A DNA stretch of 62,949 nt, counting the filler, from Octopus bimaculoides (lineage: Eukaryota): NCBI RefSeq assembly GCF_001194135.2. It is 6 parts of 6 records of this genome, joined end to end, with 100 filler letters (N's around TTAATTAATTAA, not from the genome) between each part and the next. Parts side by side here need not be neighbours in the genome. Positions count along the whole stretch, not along the records: positions 48,284 to 50,573 come from NC_068986.1; positions 50,674 to 55,938 come from NW_026402599.1; positions 56,039 to 62,949 come from NC_068981.1; 3 more parts are not named here. One strand, 5' to 3'. Each line of letters begins with the position of its first letter. The stretch's first letter is position 1. This document shows, in pieces, positions 50,252 through 62,652 of the stretch. The notes under the pieces were generated by a model, which did not search any database, was not told the DNA's origin, and saw only the letters and a list, made by a program, of their open reading frames with translations. The translations under genes were made by a program, and so were the position numbers.

Positions 50252-50484
50252 TGTGGTGTGTGCCAGAGGGTTTGCAAATCCAATGGGGGTCTTAAAAGAC
50301 ATGTTAGGATCCACAATGAGCAGAACTTACTTGCAGGTATTAGTAGTGCAAATCAGAGGTGCAATCTGTGTGGGTGTTTTTTCAAAACGCTGTCTGGTTT
50401 AAAAAGCCACATCAGACGCCATGAAAGGGCTAAGGTGTAGGTGCAGGAGGTGGTCAAACTCTGTTTAAGGAGTAGACAACCACC

Positions 50485-50490
<6 letters not shown>
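50252..50490 (+). mobile_element. Two C2H2 fingers, most likely the 3' end of a LINE ORF2
   Basis: CGVCQRVCKSNGGLKRHVRIH and CNLCGCFFKTLSGLKSHIRRH*; no TGEKP linker; short 3' UTR running into (TA)n; 5' side fades into microsatellite. Confidence 0.6.
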
Positions 50491-50515
<25 letters not shown>

Positions 50516-50843
50516 AGCAATGTTAATTCTCTAAATGAAGTATTAACAGTAACTGCACGATAAAGTGTAGTATNNNNNNNNNNNNNNNNNNNNNNNNNNN
50601 NNNNNNNNNNNNNNNNNTTAATTAATTAANNNNNNNNNNNNNNNNNNNNNNNNNNNNNNNNNNNNNNNNNNNNTATATATATATATATATATTAATATAT
50701 ATATATTAACATAGATACACACGCACACATATACACACCCTCAAGCGAGCATGCGCCTGCGCAGAAACAACTTAAAGTGGGCCAAATATATTTTGCTTGT
50801 GTGTGCATGCACATATACAAACACTCATACATATATGTTTATG

Positions 50844-50890
<47 letters not shown>

Positions 50891-51010
50891 GTATTTATCT
50901 ATCTATATATCTATATATCTATCTATCTATCTCTGTCTATCTTTCTGTCTATCCATATTTCTCTATATTGAAATAGCGTGTCCGTTGGCACATTTACTTA
51001 CATAAACACA

Positions 51011-51063
<53 letters not shown>

Positions 51064-51490
51064 GTATACATATACTTATACATATATATATATGCATATG
51101 TATATGTATATATATATATATATATATGTATATGTATGTATATANNNNNNNNNNNNNNNNNNNNNNNNNNNNNNNNNNNNNNNNNNNNNNNNNNNNNNNN
51201 NNNNNNNNNNNNNNNNNNNNNNNNNNNNNNNNNNNNNNNNNNNNNNNNNNNNNNNNNNNNNNNNNNNNNNNNNNNNNNNNNNNNNNNNNNNNNNNNNNNN
51301 NNNNNNNNNNNNNNNNNNNNNNNNNNNNNNNNNNNNNNNNNNNNNNNNNNNNNNNNNNNNNNNNNNNNNNNNNNNNNNNNNNNNNNNNNNNNNNNNNNNN
51401 NNNNNNNNNNNNNNNNNNNNNNNNNNNNNNNNNNNNNNNNNNNNNNNNNNNNNNNNNNNNNNNNNNNNNNNNNNNNNNNNNNNNNNNNNN

Positions 51491-51541
<51 letters not shown>

Positions 51542-52672
51542 TATAGCGAGAGACAGACATACATAAGCATGTATAGGTGTGTGAGTGTGCTTGTGTATAC
51601 GTGTGTGCGTGTGAATAGAGACAAAATGGCGACGTTATTATTCCGTGTTGGTAAAAATTTTCATATACATAGACTTAGAATTTTCCAAAAGCATTGCTCT
51701 TAAAAATTTCTATTTTAATATCGGCATCACCAATACAAGACAGCAACGACACCACCACTACCACCACCAACACCGCCACTACCACCACAAACAACACAAC
51801 CTCCAACAAGAAAACAACAATAACAGCTGGAAGGAACAACAACAATATAAATAAAATCACCAACTGCGTTCCTAATGAATATCAGTCACCGAAAAAAGTA
51901 AATAAATAAGATAAACCAAAAATACAGAAAAATACAATATTGAATCGCGAGAGAAAAACAAATGCCGACCACACCCACCGTTACAACCATCGCCAGCACC
52001 AGCTCCACCTGCACCAGCGCCACCTTCACCAGCGCCGGTAACAAACACTAGCGAGATCACGTCCGCCGCCGTCGCTGGCGTATTTGTAGCATTAAAACCC
52101 GCCTGCCCAACCCCACCACCACCGGAACAACAACCTTAACATCAATAAGTCCACATGGTGACTTAACAAAAGTAGCAGGAAATAATATAACATGCCACAT
52201 GTGTATGTCTATATATGTATGTATATATGCGTATGAATGTATATATGTCAGTATGTATGTATGTTTGTATGTAAGAATGTATCAATGTACGTATGTATGT
52301 ATGAATGTATGTATGTATAAATGCGTATGAATATATATATGTACGTATGTTTGTATGAAAGAATGTACGTATGTATGTATATATATATAGGTATATATAC
52401 ATATATATATATATATAGGTGTATACATATATATATATATATATATAGGTATATATATACATATATATATTTATGTATATATTCACGTATAAGTATTTTA
52501 TATACATATATATGTATGCATATATCTGTATGTGTTCATGTACATATATATTACGTCGTGTATTGGTGTGTGTCTGCATATATAATATATAATATATGTA
52601 TATATACATATACACACACACACGTATATATATATATATATATATAATTTATCTATATAATTTACGTATATA

Positions 52673-52711
<39 letters not shown>

Positions 52712-53817
52712 TCCTTGTATATCTGTATATACATGTACCAACGTATATATATGCGCGTATATATATATGTATATAAATGTATAGGTATATATACCAATAG
52801 ATATCAATATATATATGTTTATATATATATATATGTATATATTTATATATATATATAAACATACATAAACACACACACAAACACAGAGCTATTGTATACA
52901 CATGTGGGGATGTATCAACGCTTGTAGATGTGTGTGTATCGTCCCCAAACCAAACAATATGTTGTTTCTTTCTTTGACACTCCTCTTCGGTGTTTGAACT
53001 TTTCTTCCAAATTTCACTTAGGTGCCCCGCCTTTCCATGTTTAGGATTATATTCAATTCAAACACTGCAGGAGACACACAGACAAACTCAGGCATACATT
53101 TGGATACATATAAACGCATATACGTACATACATACATATATGTTAATATATATTATGTATATGTGTGAATATAAAAACACACAAACACACATATGCATAT
53201 ATACATATCTATCATTCTATATATATATNNNNNNNNNNNNNNNNNNNNNNNNNNNNNNNNNNNNNNNNNNNNNNNNNNNNNNNNNNNNNNNNNNNNNNNN
53301 NNNNNNNNNNNNNNNNNNNNNNNNNNNNNNNNNNNNNNNNNNNNNNNNNNNNNNNNNNNNNNNNNNNNNNNNNNNNNNNNNNNNNNNNNNNNNNNNNNNN
53401 NNNNNNNNNNNNNNNNNNNNNNNNNNNNNNNNNNNNNNNNNNNNNNNNNNNNNNNNNNNNNNNNNNNNNNNNNNNNNNNNNNNNNNNNNNNNNNNNNNNN
53501 NNNNNNNNNNNNNNNNNNNNNNNNNNNNNNNNNNNNNNNNNNNNNNNNNNNNNNNNNNNNNNNNNNNNNNNNNNNNNNNNNNNNNNNNNNNNNNNNNNNN
53601 NNNNNNNNNNNNNNNNNNNNNNNNNNNNNNNNNNNNNNNNNNNNNNNNNNNNNNNNNNNNNNNNNNNNNNNNNNNNNNNNNNNNNNNNNNNNNNNNNNNN
53701 NNNNNNNNNNNNNNNNNNNNNNNNNNNNNNNNNNNNNNNNNNNNNNNNNNNNNNNNNNNNNNNNNNNNNNNNNNNNNNNNNNNNNNNNNNNNNNNNNNNN
53801 ATAAATACACACTCACA

Positions 53818-53917
<100 letters not shown>

Positions 53918-54358
53918 CACACACACACACATGATTGAATAGCTCAGCAATGGAAAACCTACAGAACAGCACACAGAACGGTTATCCTGTATGCGAAACC
54001 AATATGGCCAACCACACAACGCAAATACACACACGCACGCCCGTAAACACATACACACTAACACACACGGGCATGCACATGCGCGCAGATGCGCAAATAA
54101 GCAAGCTTTGCTTTCCAAGAGACACGCATAAGCACATAGGTGCATACATACGCCAATGCACAAAGACATGCATAGAGGCCCGCTACCTGTATATATACAC
54201 ACGTGCGTACATGTATACGTTTGTATATACGGAAATACATATATGCAAACACGCATACATGTACACACACGCACAGAGAAACACACACATACAAATACAC
54301 ACAAATTATATACATACCTAGAAACAACTATTCTACATTCACTCAATACACCTCTCGC

Positions 54359-54415
<57 letters not shown>

Positions 54416-54517
54416 TTATACGCACATACACAGTATATAGGAGAGAAATAGTGATACATGTATCAGTGTAGAAATGCATATATATATGTATGTGGAAATA
54501 TATATACGTGTGTGTGC

Positions 54518-54561
<44 letters not shown>

Positions 54562-54584
54562 TTATGGGCCCAGGAAAAGCTGTG

Positions 54585-54710
54585 TGTGTTCATCCCCACT
54601 GCGTGGGATCTTGGACTAGTGTCTTCTACTATAGCCTCGGACCGAACAAAGCCTTGTGAGAGGATTTGGTAGACGGAAACTGAAAGAAGACCGTCGTATA
54701 TACGTGTACT
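54585..54710 (+). mobile_element. tRNA SINE (family B), 5'-truncated
   Basis: CCCACTGCGTGG...AGTGTCTTCTACTATAGCCTCGGACCGAACAAAGCCTTGTGAG...GACGGAAACTGAAAGAAG. Confidence 0.8.
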
Positions 54711-54759
54711 TGGACCGCTACATGGTTTATCACTCTTTCTTTGTTTATTTCTCTTATTC

Positions 54760-54795
54760 CTTTCTGTTGAAGAGCGTCGGGTCGAAACGTAAAAG
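54760..54795 (+). ncRNA. Minimal type-I hammerhead ribozyme-like motif (variant core)
   Basis: CTTT-CTGTTGA-A-GAGC-GTCG-GGTC-GAAA-CG-TA-AAAG: stem I CTTT/AAAG, stem II with one G.G mismatch, palindromic ACGT stem III, GUA cleavage triplet; A6 replaced by U. Confidence 0.55.
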
Positions 54796-54895
54796 ACTTT
54801 TTCATTTTTCCTGAGCATCAAACTTTGCCTGTTGTTCATACACATGTCTTCGTCTTTTGTTTATCTGTAAATTTCAACTGTATATGTATGTATAA

Positions 54896-54941
<46 letters not shown>

Positions 54942-55579
54942 TTGTGTGTCTGTGAGAGTGAGTGTCTGTGTGTGTGTTCAGTTGTGTTTGTGTGTGTGTG
55001 CTNNNNNNNNNNNNNNNNNNNNNNNNNNNNNNNNNNNNNNNNNNNNNNNNNNNNNNNNNNNNNNNNNNNNNNNNNNNNNNNNNNNNNNNNNNNNNNNNNN
55101 NNNNNNNNNNNNNNNNNNNNNNNNNNNNNNNNNNNNNNNNNNNNNNNNNNNNNNNNNNNNNNNNNNNNNNNNNNNNNNNNNNNNNNNNNNNNNNNNNNNN
55201 NNNNNNNNNNNNNNNNNNNNNNNNNNNNNNNNNNNNNNNNNNNNNNNNNNNNNNNNNNNNNNNNNNNNNNNNNNNNNNNNNNNNNNNNNNNNNNNNNNNN
55301 NNNNNNNNNNNNNNNNNNNNNNNNNNNNNNNNNNNNNNNNNNNNNNNNNNNNNNNNNNNNNNNNNNNNNNNNNNNNNNNNNNNNNNNNNNNNNNNNNNNN
55401 NNNNNNNNNNNNNNNNNNNNNNNNNNNNNNNNNNNNNNNNNNNNNNNNNNNNNNNNNNNNNNNNNNNNNNNNNNNNNTACACACGAAGATGTACTTGCAT
55501 AGCAAGCGACCTGATCTGAAATCGTGTGCTGGAACGAAAACAATTGCAGCGTGGAAGGTGTTTATAAGCCATTTAAGAA

Positions 55580-55599
<20 letters not shown>

Positions 55600-55610
<11 letters not shown>

Positions 55611-55775
55611 CGACGGGCATCTTTCAGATTCCATCAGCCAAATCCACTCGCAAGGCTTTGGTCGGCCCCAGGCTATAGCAGAAGGCTCTCGCCCAAGGAG
55701 TCACGCAGTGGGACCGAAACCTGAACCTTGTGGTTGGGAAGCCAGCTTCTTCCAACACAGACACGCCGATGCATA
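55600..55775 (-). mobile_element. tRNA SINE (family B)
   Basis: CGACGGGCATCTTTCAG...CCAAATCCACTCGCAAGGCTTTGGTCGGCCCCAGGCTATAGCAGAAG...CACGCAGTGGGAC. Confidence 0.8.
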
Positions 55776-55860
55776 TCATTAGATGTAACTGCGTTAATTT
55801 CCAAAACCGAGGACAAGCATAGACTCTCGTGTCTATTTATTTCTCGTCTATATATCTGCG

Positions 55861-55938
55861 TGGAGGCACAATGGCCCAGTGGTTAGGGCAGCAAACTCGA
55901 GGTCATAGGATCGCGGTTTCGATTCCCAGACCGGGCGT
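55861..55938 (+). mobile_element. tRNA SINE (family C), cut by an assembly linker
   Basis: TGGAGGCACAATGGCCCAGTGGTTAGGGCAGC...GGTTTCGATTCCCAGACCGGGCGT. Confidence 0.8.
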
Positions 55939-56468
55939 NNNNNNNNNNNNNNNNNNNNNNNNNNNNNNNNNNNNNNNNNNNNTTAATTAATTAANNNNNN
56001 NNNNNNNNNNNNNNNNNNNNNNNNNNNNNNNNNNNNNNTATATATATATATATATATAACGCTAAAATATATAATACAGATATATAAGACAATACAGTAC
56101 GCGTATACATACATGCATGCATACATACATACATACATACATACATGCATACATACATACATACATACATACATACATACATACATACATAATTTTGGAC
56201 CATCGAGCCCCCAGAAACAGCTGTTGGATTTGTAATACTCTTCTTCAACCCCTTTAACTATTGATATCACTTCTATTCTGTGTAAGTCGGACCTTTTTAT
56301 ATGTAAACAAACATTTTTTTGTATTTGATGAGTTTGATATTCTTTGTATATCGACCTGCCTAACCTGCTTATCCTTACATCTACTCCTTTACCCACTCAA
56401 GTTTGAGCATAACTAAGTGTATTCTATACAGAGAATATCTGATTCTTATCTATGAATTATGCATACAT

Positions 56469-56514
<46 letters not shown>

Positions 56515-56518
<4 letters not shown>

Positions 56519-56738
56519 TATTATTTCTAAATCTCTCAGAGATATTCAGTAACAGTTCTTTAAAATAGAGATTATTTACCAATATAATGTGGCTGTCCGG
56601 GATAGGACAATTGTTACTGTTGTTTAGCCCCAGGAACAATCGTCCTATCCAGGACAGCCACATAATGTTGGCAAATAATCTTTACTTTAAAGAACTGTTA
56701 CTGAATATCCCTCTTTGAGAGATTTAGAAATAATAATG
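56515..56738. repeat. Long imperfect inverted repeat (foldback): arms 56515-56614 and 56634-56738, 19-nt loop
   Basis: Arms align by eye with about 6 substitutions and 2-3 small indels. Confidence 0.93.
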
Positions 56739-56749
56739 TTTCTATTTAT

Positions 56750-57800
56750 TTAGATCAGTGAATTATATAAAGAATTTTATAAATGGACTTCACATAAACA
56801 TTCATTTTACGATGGAATATAGCTATCAACAACATCCATTCCTCGATATCCTCATTAAAAAATCCAGCAACAAAATAGAAACAGATATATACTATAAACC
56901 CACGGACTCCAAACAATATCTACCGTTTAACTCATGCCACCCTAGACACACTAGAATTAATATCTCTTTCAACCTGGCAAAAGGATTTGTACTGTAGTTT
57001 CTAATACAAACACCAGGGATACACGACTACATGAACTAAAGGATACCCTCATCACCAGGAACTACCCACCATCCTAATTGATATAGGCTTTCAACGTGCC
57101 ATGCAAGTTAACATCCACGAACTCAGACATCCCAAACTAAAGAAGCCCTACCATACATCTCCACACACAACCCCTTAACAATGAAGCCTTCGACACCTGC
57201 CTCCAGAACATTACTCTACTGAAAAAGGAACACAGAATGAATTTAATCCCCCACATGCACACTATCATAATGAGCACAAGACAGCCCAAATCTATGAATA
57301 GTACAAGCCCAAGTACACTCGGCAACAACACTGAAGCTGTCAGTAAAAAGAATGCGGATGACATAACTGTGGTATATGCGTCAACCTAATTGAGGGATTG
57401 GCGTTCTCTTTCAAACAGGGTCAATGTTCTACAGTGAAAAACAATTTCACGTGTACTTCGGAAGGCCTAATATATGTATTAACTTCAGGATGTCGAGAAC
57501 AATACATAGGCCAAGCCAAAAACAGTCTACGCCAAAGGATGACCCTACATAGATACCAGATTAAAATTCGGAAATACAGAAAAATAGCATTCAGTGAACA
57601 CATCGGCATTTGCGCCACTAACGAACAATCCAACTTCAGAATTTTTTTCCTCTATAAATTCAGGGACGATGCAACCTATAATTAGCGCATTAGCAGAGAG
57701 TCGTATTTTGTCGCAAAATATAAACCCCTTTTGAATGCTTCCACCACAACCGCCACTGCTACAAGGGCCTTAAATTAATACCCGCGCAAATATTAAAAAC
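56750..57800 (+). mobile_element. 5'-truncated Penelope-like element: RT C-terminus plus GIY-YIG endonuclease
   Basis: PFLDILIKK...IETDIYYKPTDSKQYLPFNSCHPRHTRINISFNLA and FTCTSEGLIYVLTSGCREQYIGQAKNSLRQRMTLHR...FSEH; frameshifted. Confidence 0.92.
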
Positions 57801-57940
57801 GATATATTCAGGACAGTCACTACCCATGAATTTATTAAGAACAATTCCAATCGCTACTACTACAACCACAAGTCACTTTTAGGTCACTTGACCATTTAAG
57901 AAGACTCCACCAACAGCCTATTACTGTCATGCCACTCCCG

Positions 57941-58050
57941 TCTTCTTCTTCTTCTTCTTCTTCTTCTTCTTCTTCTTCTTCTTCTTCTTCTTCTTCTTCT
58001 TCTTCTTCTTCTTCTTCTTCTTCTTCTTCTTCTTCTTCTTCTTCTTCTTC
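57941..58050. repeat. (TTC)n microsatellite running into a gap
   Basis: Directly visible. Confidence 0.95.
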
Positions 58051-58387
58051 NNNNNNNNNNNNNNNNNNNNNNNNNNNNNNNNNNNNNNNNNNNNNNNNNN
58101 NNNNNNNNNNNNNNNNNNNNNNNNNNNNNNNNNNNNNNNNNNNNNNNNNNNNNNNNNNNNNNNNNNNNNNNNNNNNNNNNNNNNNNNNNNNNNNNNNNNN
58201 NNNNNNNNNNNNNNNNNNNNNNNNNNNNNNNNNNNNNNNNNNNNNNNNNNNNNNNNNNNNNNNNNNNNNNNNNNNNNNNNNNNNNNNNNNNNNNNNNNNN
58301 NNNNNNNNNNNNNNNNNNNNNNNNNNNNNGAAATATAAAAAACATTTAATTTTTCCACAATTTAATTGTTTTTCATGTTTTACTTTA

Positions 58388-58420
58388 AGTTGAAGAAGTC
58401 ACAAAGACTGAAACCGGCAC
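58388..58420 (+). ncRNA. Decayed hammerhead-like core downstream of the Penelope relic (probable pLTR)
   Basis: TTGAAGA-AGTC-ACAAA-GACT-GAAA-CCGG-CA: perfect stem II and palindromic stem III, but C3U and a GCA triplet; stem I not supported. Confidence 0.4.
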
Positions 58421-58515
58421 CACAATGTTCTTCATAATAAAATTATTTTGGTATTTTTTACCTTGTCCTTTTTTCCTTATACACATCAACTCGTGTGTTA
58501 CTTATCAACCTTCTC

Positions 58516-58546
<31 letters not shown>

Positions 58547-58904
58547 GTATATATCGTGACATCTGTTTTTATTTATATGTACGTATACAATCATGCATAC
58601 ACACAAACACATATACACACCTACCCACACTTACAAGCCACTCTCATCCCACACACATATGCACTCATATATAAATCCATATGTTCTTAAGTAAATCTGT
58701 ATGAGATCATCTGTGTTTCTTTGCTTGTATATGACTGAATTAACATTATCCTTAATGTTTAACTGGCAAAAAGTCCAGGTATTAAAGGATGACATTCTAA
58801 ACAACAACAGCCACATAAAATTACGCACACACGATCACGCGTACATATACACACGAAAACATATATATGTTTGCATATATGCACAGATATATGGTTTCAA
58901 ATGT

Positions 58905-59098
58905 TGACACAAGGCTAGCAAGATCGTTGGGGAGGTAATTGATCATATCCACCCAAGTATTCAACTTATTTTATCGACCTCGAATGGATGTAAGGCATAG
59001 TCGACCCCGGTGACATTAGAACTCAGAACGAAATGTCGGAAGAAATGTTGTCAAATATTTTTTCCGGCGCGGTAACACTTTTGCCAGTTCGTCGCCTT
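58905..59098 (-). mobile_element. tRNA SINE (family A), decayed
   Basis: GGCATAGTCGACCCCGGTGACATTAGAACTCAGAACG...TTTGCCAGTTCGTCGCC. Confidence 0.7.
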
Positions 59099-59373
59099 TA
59101 TATATGCACAGACATATTATTACAATTTTGTCCTCTATCTCTATTCCTGGATAGGCTTATAACGTATGTGTGTGCATGCATATGTGTGTATGTACACACA
59201 CATACACACACGCACACACGCACAGACACATACACACATTTATATATTCTTTCCCTCCCTCTCTCTTTCTATCTCTATATATCTACACACACACGTCAAC
59301 CACATATTCTCTCTTGATACATTGACACATACATACATATAAATGTGTGTACACACACAATCAAATACACACA

Positions 59374-59454
<81 letters not shown>

Positions 59455-59938
59455 TGGTATATGTATATATTTTTTATCTACAATATGTATGTATATTTCT
59501 TTGTAGAGTGTGAGCATGAAAAGACGGTTGTCTATATATTTGTTGAAATACGACCAAGTTTCTTTCTCTCCGGACAGTAAAAGTAAATAGTGGAATATAA
59601 TGTTACAGGAACACACGTGCCCCTTGTCGTCCAGTATTACATTAGAGCAAATTAAATGTCGATCTTAGCCATGCAACCCAAAAGATAGTGTTGGAGAATA
59701 GCAAATATTAACTGTGGTCGTATAGCAACTGATTAAAGTTGATCGTGACTTTCGACTTTGGCTTGGTGGTCGAAGGTAGGGAGCATACCACAATGTCTGC
59801 CACATATTATTGTACACATACATACACACGCAGTTCGCACGCACGCACGCCCATGTACATATATGTATATGTGTGCGCACGTATTTTTGCCATTTATATA
59901 TACATATATATATTTACACACACACTCGCACACACACA

Positions 59939-59976
<38 letters not shown>

Positions 59977-60819
59977 CACACATACACAAAGACAATGATA
60001 TCTACTCTAATATGCTAGAGTTAGAATCCAAAAAGCGAAATGTGATTACCTCTCCGCTATAAATTGAAGCTTGTTCTGCCTATTGAAAAAATAAAACAAA
60101 AAAACTTCGCTATACTGGGGAAAATGTTATTTAACTTCAAATTTCGACAAAGATAGACTTCTACAATTCATTAAAATGTAGATTATTCTACAAAAATACT
60201 ATTAAGTTTGACATACAAAGGTCGACTTGTAGTCAAAGATTTAGTTAAAGTACTAACTGTTACAAGTTAATATTAACGGTATTAATACTAATTGTTGCCC
60301 ATTAACTTAGAGTTGTTCATTTTTATGTGTCTTGATTATGCCTGCACTGACGGTTAGAAAGCGGATTATGTACACTAACTATGAAACCATATGATTTCCG
60401 GCTGAATTTGTTTTTAAGGGTTGGCTTCAAAGGTTGCATTCCCTCGCGTTCGGTACACTGTTTATTTATTTTGGTAGTTTTGACTACCATAATAAATACG
60501 TTATTTTTCTTGTTATTATCATCGCTATCGTTGTTATAATCGTTGTTTCGATTTTGTATGTTTGCGTTGTTGTTATAGTTGTTTGTGTTGGGAATGATGT
60601 GGTTATCATTGCTGTTATTGTTATTGCCACTATTGTTGTTGTTATTCATATTGCTATTGTTAGTGTTGTTGTTGTTTTGGTTTCGTATGTTTGTGTTGTG
60701 ATTGTTGTTGCATTGTCCTAAACACTATCTTATCTTTAAGAACGTTTCTTTTTCTGTGAGCACGGAGAACCTCCTCAGTAGAATCAGTAGTTGCAACCAC
60801 TCTAACATCATCACAGGTT

Positions 60820-61740
60820 GTGTAGGGGGTAGTATGGAGGTAGTTTCTCTCTACCCATCTATAGACATAGATTTTGCTGTCGAATAATGCATTGATATTA
60901 TCTATGAGAGTGAAGTAGAATTATGTGAAGTCAACACGAGGGAACTGGACCTCCTTAAACTAAGCTATGACTGTAACTACCTAGACAACCATGACCTTAG
61001 TAGATTCTGCACCACCAGGTCACAGAGGGGGAGACCACCTATCATTGCTTCGGCAGTGAAGAAAAGCACCGCAGAGCGCTGTAGTGGCTGGATCCTGAGA
61101 ACAACAGTCAGATGAAAAGAATGATTGCACATGCCATAGGGGCTAGCATAAGAATCACCTTGAAGAACCACATAGTAAAGTTTAACAGGAAACTATATAT
61201 GCAGGTTCAAGGTGCAGCCATTGGTGTCGCTGTGGCTGGAGATGTGACCGGTCTCTTCATGACCTGATGGGACAGAAAACTTAAACATTCCTTAGCGGAA
61301 CAATCTACAACTGATTGCTTTACTGTAAGTATGTAGATGACATTAATATTCTAGTTAGGACGAACTCTAGTAACTGTAGTTTAGAAAACGAGTGGAGCAT
61401 AATGGAGAGCATCCAGCACATAGCTAACTCCATCCACCAAAGTATCAAGGCAATTGTAGATTACCCCACTAGACACCCTAAAAATAAACTCCCTGTCCTT
61501 GATACTGAGCTTTGGTTTGAGACTGTGAACAACAGAGTGAACCCCACTCCTATTAAATGAAACCCATAGTTTCTAAATATGCTGTTCAGAAGAACTCAGC
61601 TTTGTCACACAACTTGAAAATCAACATACTGATAGCAGACTTAAGATAATGATCAACGTGTCTCCACAATGCAAAACCTATGAAACAAAGAACTTCCTGC
61701 ACCGCTTCAATTCTCTGGATATCATTAGAGCTGTTACGTA
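60820..61740 (+). mobile_element. Penelope-like RT relic (second lineage)
   Basis: GSMEVVSLYPSIDIDFAVE...RGRPP...NHIVKFNRKLYMQVQGAAIG...CKYVDDINIL...VDYPTRHPKNKLPVLD; multiple stops and shifts. Confidence 0.85.
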
Positions 61741-61829
61741 GACGTGTATGAAGCCAACACTCTTCCTGTGTGAGGAAACGTTAAAAAAAAAAAATAAAAC
61801 CAGCCAGATCTGCCTCGAACAATGTCTGA

Positions 61830-62290
61830 TTTTTCTGTGATGTAATCAACCTGGTTCACTTTCGAGCATGTGCCAGAAGACGTGGAACTCACCGGGCAGA
61901 AACTTTCGTTATGCTAACTTCATTGAGCAGAATATTTTCAACTCTCTCACGGGATATGCTAAAATCATTGACTATTTGATTTTATAAACAATCATCCATC
62001 AGTGTGTGATTTTTTCCAATGTTTTTCCAATGTGTTTCCTCGGTCGTGCAGAACGTTCAGACGTTGGGTAATCTCCAAAAGCCTCCGTTCCCCTCCTAAA
62101 TTCAACTGTTCACTTTAATTCTGTTGATAAAGCTGGAGCGTCATCCTCTAATGTAAGAACCGTGTCAGCATGAATGTTCTTGGAAACTATACCCTTTTTC
62201 TGCAGTTATTTGATAAAAACTATGATGCCAAATGTCGATTTTCAAGAGATGCTATTAAAGTGTTCTTTGAGCAGTCGGATGTCAGTTTAC
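61830..62290 (-). mobile_element. Mariner transposase N-terminal relic (irritans-like)
   Basis: IK*LQKKG...IHADTVLTLEDDAPALSTELK*TVEFRRG...SRERVENIL...TKVSAR*VPRLL (WVPR motif with stop). Confidence 0.85.
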
Positions 62291-62471
62291 TTGGGACGAA
62301 ACAATGAAGTTATTATGATGGGCTGAACTTAGTACATTTAACACCACTCCATCATAGTTCAGCCTATGAAATGTTCGGTCCACTCTCGCACATGAATGAA
62401 TACATATATATACATACATACATACATACATACATAATACATACAAACGCATACATCTATATACATCTATA

Positions 62472-62652
62472 TATGCCACCGCCGCCGCTGCCACCGCCGC
62501 CGCTACCACCGCCGCCGCTACCACCGCCGCCGCTGCCACCGCCGCCGCCGCTTCCACCACCACAACCGCCGCCACCAAAACCAAAACCACCATCACCAAA
62601 ACCACCACCACCACCACCACCACCACCACCACCAAAACAACAGCAAGAGTAG
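62472..62652 (+). repeat. GC-rich 15-bp minisatellite (CCACCGCCGCCGCT[GA]) grading into (CCA)n
   Basis: About 5 units; reads (PPPPL)n from the ATG at 62472 to the TAG at 62652. Confidence 0.85.
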
